DNA of 28,002 nucleotides from Bradyrhizobiaceae bacterium (lineage in GTDB: Bacteria; Pseudomonadota; Alphaproteobacteria; Rhizobiales; Xanthobacteraceae): the NCBI GenBank assembly GCA_040376815.1, contig JBEIPX010000001.1, positions 1-28,002 on the forward strand. The letters are read 5' to 3'. Below the pieces are notes generated by a model. It had not been told where the DNA came from, searched no databases, and saw nothing but the letters and a program-made list of their open reading frames with translations. A program made the translations under genes and the position numbers. Below, piece by piece: positions 24,857 through 28,002 of this stretch; within the stretch, counting starts at the first letter, position 1; each line of letters begins with the position of its first letter.

Positions 24857-26188
24857 ATGCCAATCGGGGAATTCGGTGGAGGACCGGCGGTACTGCCGCG
24901 CGAAGGCAGTCCGGCGCTCACCACGCCCATGTACTGGATGTACGAAATGGGACAGGCGTCGCTCAATCCGGCGCGCGCGGTCTTCGACGCCACCAAGCTG
25001 CTCTATCAGAATCCGCTCAATCCGTGGTCGCACACGCCGTTCGGCAAGGCTGTCGCTGCGTCGTGCGAATTGTTCGAGCGCACCACCCGCCGCTACGGCA
25101 AACCCGAATGGCGCATTCACCACACCGAAGTGAACGGCATGCGCGTGCCGGTCGAGATCGAGACCGTGTGGGAGAAGCCATTCTGCAAGCTGCTGCACTT
25201 CAATCGCAAGATCGCGCGGCCGCTGCGCGCGCCGCATCCGCGCGTGCTGATCGTCGCGCCGATGTCCGGCCACTACGCCACGCTGCTGCGCGGCACGGTC
25301 GAAGCCTTCCTGCCGGCGCATGACGTCTACATCACCGACTGGGCCGATGCGCGCATGGTGCCGACGTCGGCCGGCCGTTTCGACCTCGAGGATTACGTCG
25401 ATTACCTGATCGAGATGATGCACGCGCTCGGCGGCAACGTGCATCTTGTGGCCGTTTGCCAGCCCTCCGTGCCGGTTCTGACGGCGGCATCGGTGATGGA
25501 AGCGGCGAAGGACCCGAACTATCCGCAGTCGATGACCTTGATGGGCGGCCCGATCGACACGCGCCGCAATCCGACCGCGGTCAACAATCTTGCCGAAGAG
25601 CGCGGCATCAACTGGTTCCGCAACAACGTCATCACCAAGGTGCCGTTCCCGCATCCGGGCTTCATGCGCGACGTCTATCCGGGCTTTCTCCAGCTCAACG
25701 GGTTCATCACCATGAACCTCGACCGTCACATGGACGCGCACAAGAACCTGTTCGCGAACCTCGTGAAGGGCGACGGCGATCTCGTCGACAAGCATCGCGA
25801 ATTCTATGACGAGTACCTCGCGGTGATGGATTTGCCGGCCGAGTATTATCTCCAGACCGTCGACCTCGTCTTCGTCAAGCACGCGCTGCCGAAGGGCACG
25901 ATGACCCATCGCGGCAAGCCGGTCGATCCGTCGAAGATCACGCGCGTCGCGCTGATGACGGTCGAGGGCGAGAACGACGATATCTCCGGCATCGGCCAGA
26001 CCGAAGCGACACACGACCTCTGCACGTCGATCCCGCGCGATCGCCGCGTCCACTACATGCAGAAGGGCGTCGGCCATTACGGCGTGTTCAACGGTTCGCG
26101 GTTCCGTTCGGAAATCATGCCGCGCATCGCCGACTTCATGCTGTCGGCCCAGCACGGAGCCGGGCGGCTGGCCAACGCCGCCGAATAA
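24857..26188 (+). CDS. phaZ: Intracellular polyhydroxyalkanoate depolymerase (PhaZ1-type)
   Basis: APMSGHYATLLRGTV, DVYITDW, AVCQP (catalytic Cys), GGPID, VEGENDDISG and GVGHYGVFNG. Confidence 0.95.
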   Translation: MPIGEFGGGPAVLPREGSPALTTPMYWMYEMGQASLNPARAVFDATKLLYQNPLNPWSHTPFGKAVAASCELFERTTRRYGKPEWRIHHTEVNGMRVPVEIETVWEKPFCKLLHFNRKIARPLRAPHPRVLIVAPMSGHYATLLRGTVEAFLPAHDVYITDWADARMVPTSAGRFDLEDYVDYLIEMMHALGGNVHLVAVCQPSVPVLTAASVMEAAKDPNYPQSMTLMGGPIDTRRNPTAVNNLAEERGINWFRNNVITKVPFPHPGFMRDVYPGFLQLNGFITMNLDRHMDAHKNLFANLVKGDGDLVDKHREFYDEYLAVMDLPAEYYLQTVDLVFVKHALPKGTMTHRGKPVDPSKITRVALMTVEGENDDISGIGQTEATHDLCTSIPRDRRVHYMQKGVGHYGVFNGSRFRSEIMPRIADFMLSAQHGAGRLANAAE

Positions 26189-26212
26189 GCGGCCGGAACG
26201 GACCTTTCTCTC

Positions 26213-26239
26213 AAAAACCCCGGTTTTGCCGGGGTTTTT
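26213..26239. terminator. Intrinsic terminator with bidirectional geometry
   Basis: AAAAACCCCGG-TTTTG-CCGGGGTTTTT, 24 nt after the phaZ stop. Confidence 0.88.
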
Positions 26240-26523
26240 CATGCGAGCAGGATGCGATTCCAGAATCAGGCATAAAGCGTTGTTTTGATTTAGCTTTCTG
26301 CGTTTAACGATCATGGCGGATGAGTGAATCTGAATTCACAAAAACCGGCCCGTTCCGGACCTGAAAAGTGAGTTCTGAGTCCAGCTTCGCCTCCCTGATC
26401 TGGTAGGGAGCCGTTAAGTTCCTGCTATATCATGGGCAAATGATTTGTTTCTGCGCCGAGCGATCCCACTGGGAGCGGTTATGGCAGACTCCGGGCAGTT
26501 TTCTGACTGTCAGGTCCGCCGAG

Positions 26524-27279
26524 ATGGCCTTTCGCGCTCTCCTTTATCGCCGCCCCACCGAACCCAAGACCATCGCGGTCCACTGCGGCTCGCTGATGTT
26601 CGCTGTGCGCTTGCGCAGGCATCGCCGCGCGCGCCGGTACACCCTGCGGATCCATCCGATGGATCGCGAAGCGATTCTCACCATGCCGCCGCGCGGCACG
26701 ATCGCCGAAGCGAAGGATTTCGCGAACCGGCACGGCGCCTGGATCGCGGCAAGGCTCGGCCGGTTGCCGAAGGCGGCGCCCTTCGCGCACGGCACGATCG
26801 TCCCGCTGCGCGGGGTTCCGCATAAGATCGTGCATCGCGCCGGCGAACGCGGCGTGGCGTGGACCGAGACACGCGAGAGCGGCGAGAAGATTCTGTGCGT
26901 TGCCGGCGGCGAGGACCACATCGATCGCCGCGTGCACGATTTCCTCAAGCGCGAAGCGCGCAAGGATCTCGCGAAGGCTTCGCACGAATACGCCGACCGG
27001 CTCGGCGTCAAGGTCAAGCGCATCTCGATCCGCGATCAGTCGAGCCGCTGGGGGTCATGCACCTCGGCGGGTGCACTTTCATACTCATGGCGGCTGATCC
27101 TCGCGCCGCCTTACGTACTCGACTATCTCGCCGCACATGAAGTGTCGCATCTGGTCGAGATGAACCACTCGGCGAAGTTCTGGCGCACGGTCGGCCGCAT
27201 CTGCCCGCACACCGAGCGCGCCAAGAGGTGGCTCGATACGCAGGGCAACGACCTGCACCGTTACGGGATCTGGGAGTAG
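26524..27279 (+). CDS. M48/SprT-like (DUF45/YgjP) zinc-dependent hydrolase
   Basis: IRDQSSRWGSC, SWRLILAP..VLDYLAAHEVSHL (HExxH) and MNHSAKFW. The ORF is open from 26440. Confidence 0.9.
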   Translation: MAFRALLYRRPTEPKTIAVHCGSLMFAVRLRRHRRARRYTLRIHPMDREAILTMPPRGTIAEAKDFANRHGAWIAARLGRLPKAAPFAHGTIVPLRGVPHKIVHRAGERGVAWTETRESGEKILCVAGGEDHIDRRVHDFLKREARKDLAKASHEYADRLGVKVKRISIRDQSSRWGSCTSAGALSYSWRLILAPPYVLDYLAAHEVSHLVEMNHSAKFWRTVGRICPHTERAKRWLDTQGNDLHRYGIWE

Positions 27280-27287
27280 CCGCTCTT

Positions 27288-27431
27288 GTCCCGGACGCGA
27301 TGCAGCGTGTCCGCATGATCCCGAAAAGTGCGAAGCGGTTTTCGGATCAGATCATGCGCATAACGCTGCGTCGCAGAGCCCGAACCGTCGGGGACACCGA
27401 TGCTGTAACGGCCCCGGATCAAGTCCGGGGC
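27288..27431. repeat. Composite REP cluster: a GCATGATC-type element nested in the loop of a GTCCCGGACGCGATGCAGCG-type element
   Basis: Outer stem GCGATGCAGCGT (27297-27308) / ACGCTGCGTCGC (27363-27374). Inner 9-bp TIR CGCATGATC/GATCATGCG (27312-27358). Final hairpin GCCCCGGA-TCAAG-TCCGGGGC (27411-27431). Confidence 0.8.
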
Positions 27432-27438
27432 AAATGTT

Positions 27439-28002
27439 TCACCGCCGTCCGAACAGCCGATCCACCAACCAGCCATCAAGGCCGGCGGCGGCTTCCGGAC
27501 GTGCGTTCGCGTTCACCGGCGCCGGGCGCGAGGCGGGATATCCGCGATTGCCGGTGTTCGCGTCCATCGGATTCGCGTCCTGCATCGGCGGCGGCTGGAA
27601 ATTGCCGCGCGGCTGCGTCGCTTGCGGGTGGCTCTGCGGCTGCTGATCGCCGAACTGCGGCATCAGGTTCGAGAACAATCCGCCGCGCGAGGTCTGCAGC
27701 GCCGCCACCGGCACGCCCTGATGCGCCGTGCGCATGAAGCGAGTCCACACGTCCACCGGCAATCCGCCGCCGGTCGCTTTCTTGGTCGGCGAGTTGTCGT
27801 CGTTGCCGAGCCACACGCCAGTGACGAGGTTCGCGGTGTAACCGATGAACCAGGCGTCGCGGAAGTCCTGGCTGGTGCCGGTCTTGCCCGCGGCCATCCA
27901 GCCGGGAATCTCCGCCTTGCGCGCGGTCCCGGTGAGCAGCGTCTCCTGCATCATCGCGGTCATCATGCTGGCGGCGCGCGGATCGATCACCTGCGACGGG
28001 GT
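27439..28002 (-). CDS. Class A penicillin-binding protein (PBP1A family), 3' part only, cut by the window edge
   Basis: GTARKA, AGKTGTSQDFRDAWFIGYT (KTG motif), TGVWLGNDD and GGGLP; Pro/Gln-rich tail. Confidence 0.92.
   Translation of the reverse strand, partial: TPSQVIDPRAASMMTAMMQETLLTGTARKAEIPGWMAAGKTGTSQDFRDAWFIGYTANLVTGVWLGNDDNSPTKKATGGGLPVDVWTRFMRTAHQGVPVAALQTSRGGLFSNLMPQFGDQQPQSHPQATQPRGNFQPPPMQDANPMDANTGNRGYPASRPAPVNANARPEAAAGLDGWLVDRLFGRR

Noticed and set aside
24683-26314. 543-aa minus-strand ORF
   Set aside because: Antisense shadow of phaZ, expected from high GC3; no motifs.

Overview
High-GC alphaproteobacterial chromosomal window (Hyphomicrobiales; the proteins look Bradyrhizobiaceae/Nitrobacteraceae-like). 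It is mostly ordinary genes. In order: divergent TetR-VOC and MocR-EamA pairs; tRNA-Arg(CCG); a minus-strand run of LLM monooxygenase, SelO AMPylase, cytochrome P450, class III adenylyl cyclase, SDR and a His-rich membrane protein; an IlvD/Edd sugar-acid dehydratase; a CnbZ-like deaminase; then HCCA-isomerase/DsbA, MBL hydrolase, secreted vWA protein, mmcB, regA/regB, an ABC exporter, phaZ, an M48/YgjP protein and the 3' end of a PBP1A. I see no integrase, transposase, prophage, CRISPR or defence system. The less ordinary signals are four. (i) A 14.3-14.65 kb unit: a 55-aa secreted-type protein, a 4x12-bp tandem repeat, an AT-rich candidate sRNA and a strong terminator. (ii) A 14.87-17.37 kb islet with atypical codons encoding PilZ, coiled-coil, AraC and stand-alone PAS proteins; the strongest RBS there feeds an 8-codon ORF that is in frame with the PAS gene. 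(iii) At least five families of REP/MITE-like palindromes, including one nested inside another. (iv) An inverted REP pair between the ABC genes that supplies the ATPase stop codon and creates a 56-codon ORF ATGA-coupled at both ends. All family calls come from motif recognition by eye, not database searches.
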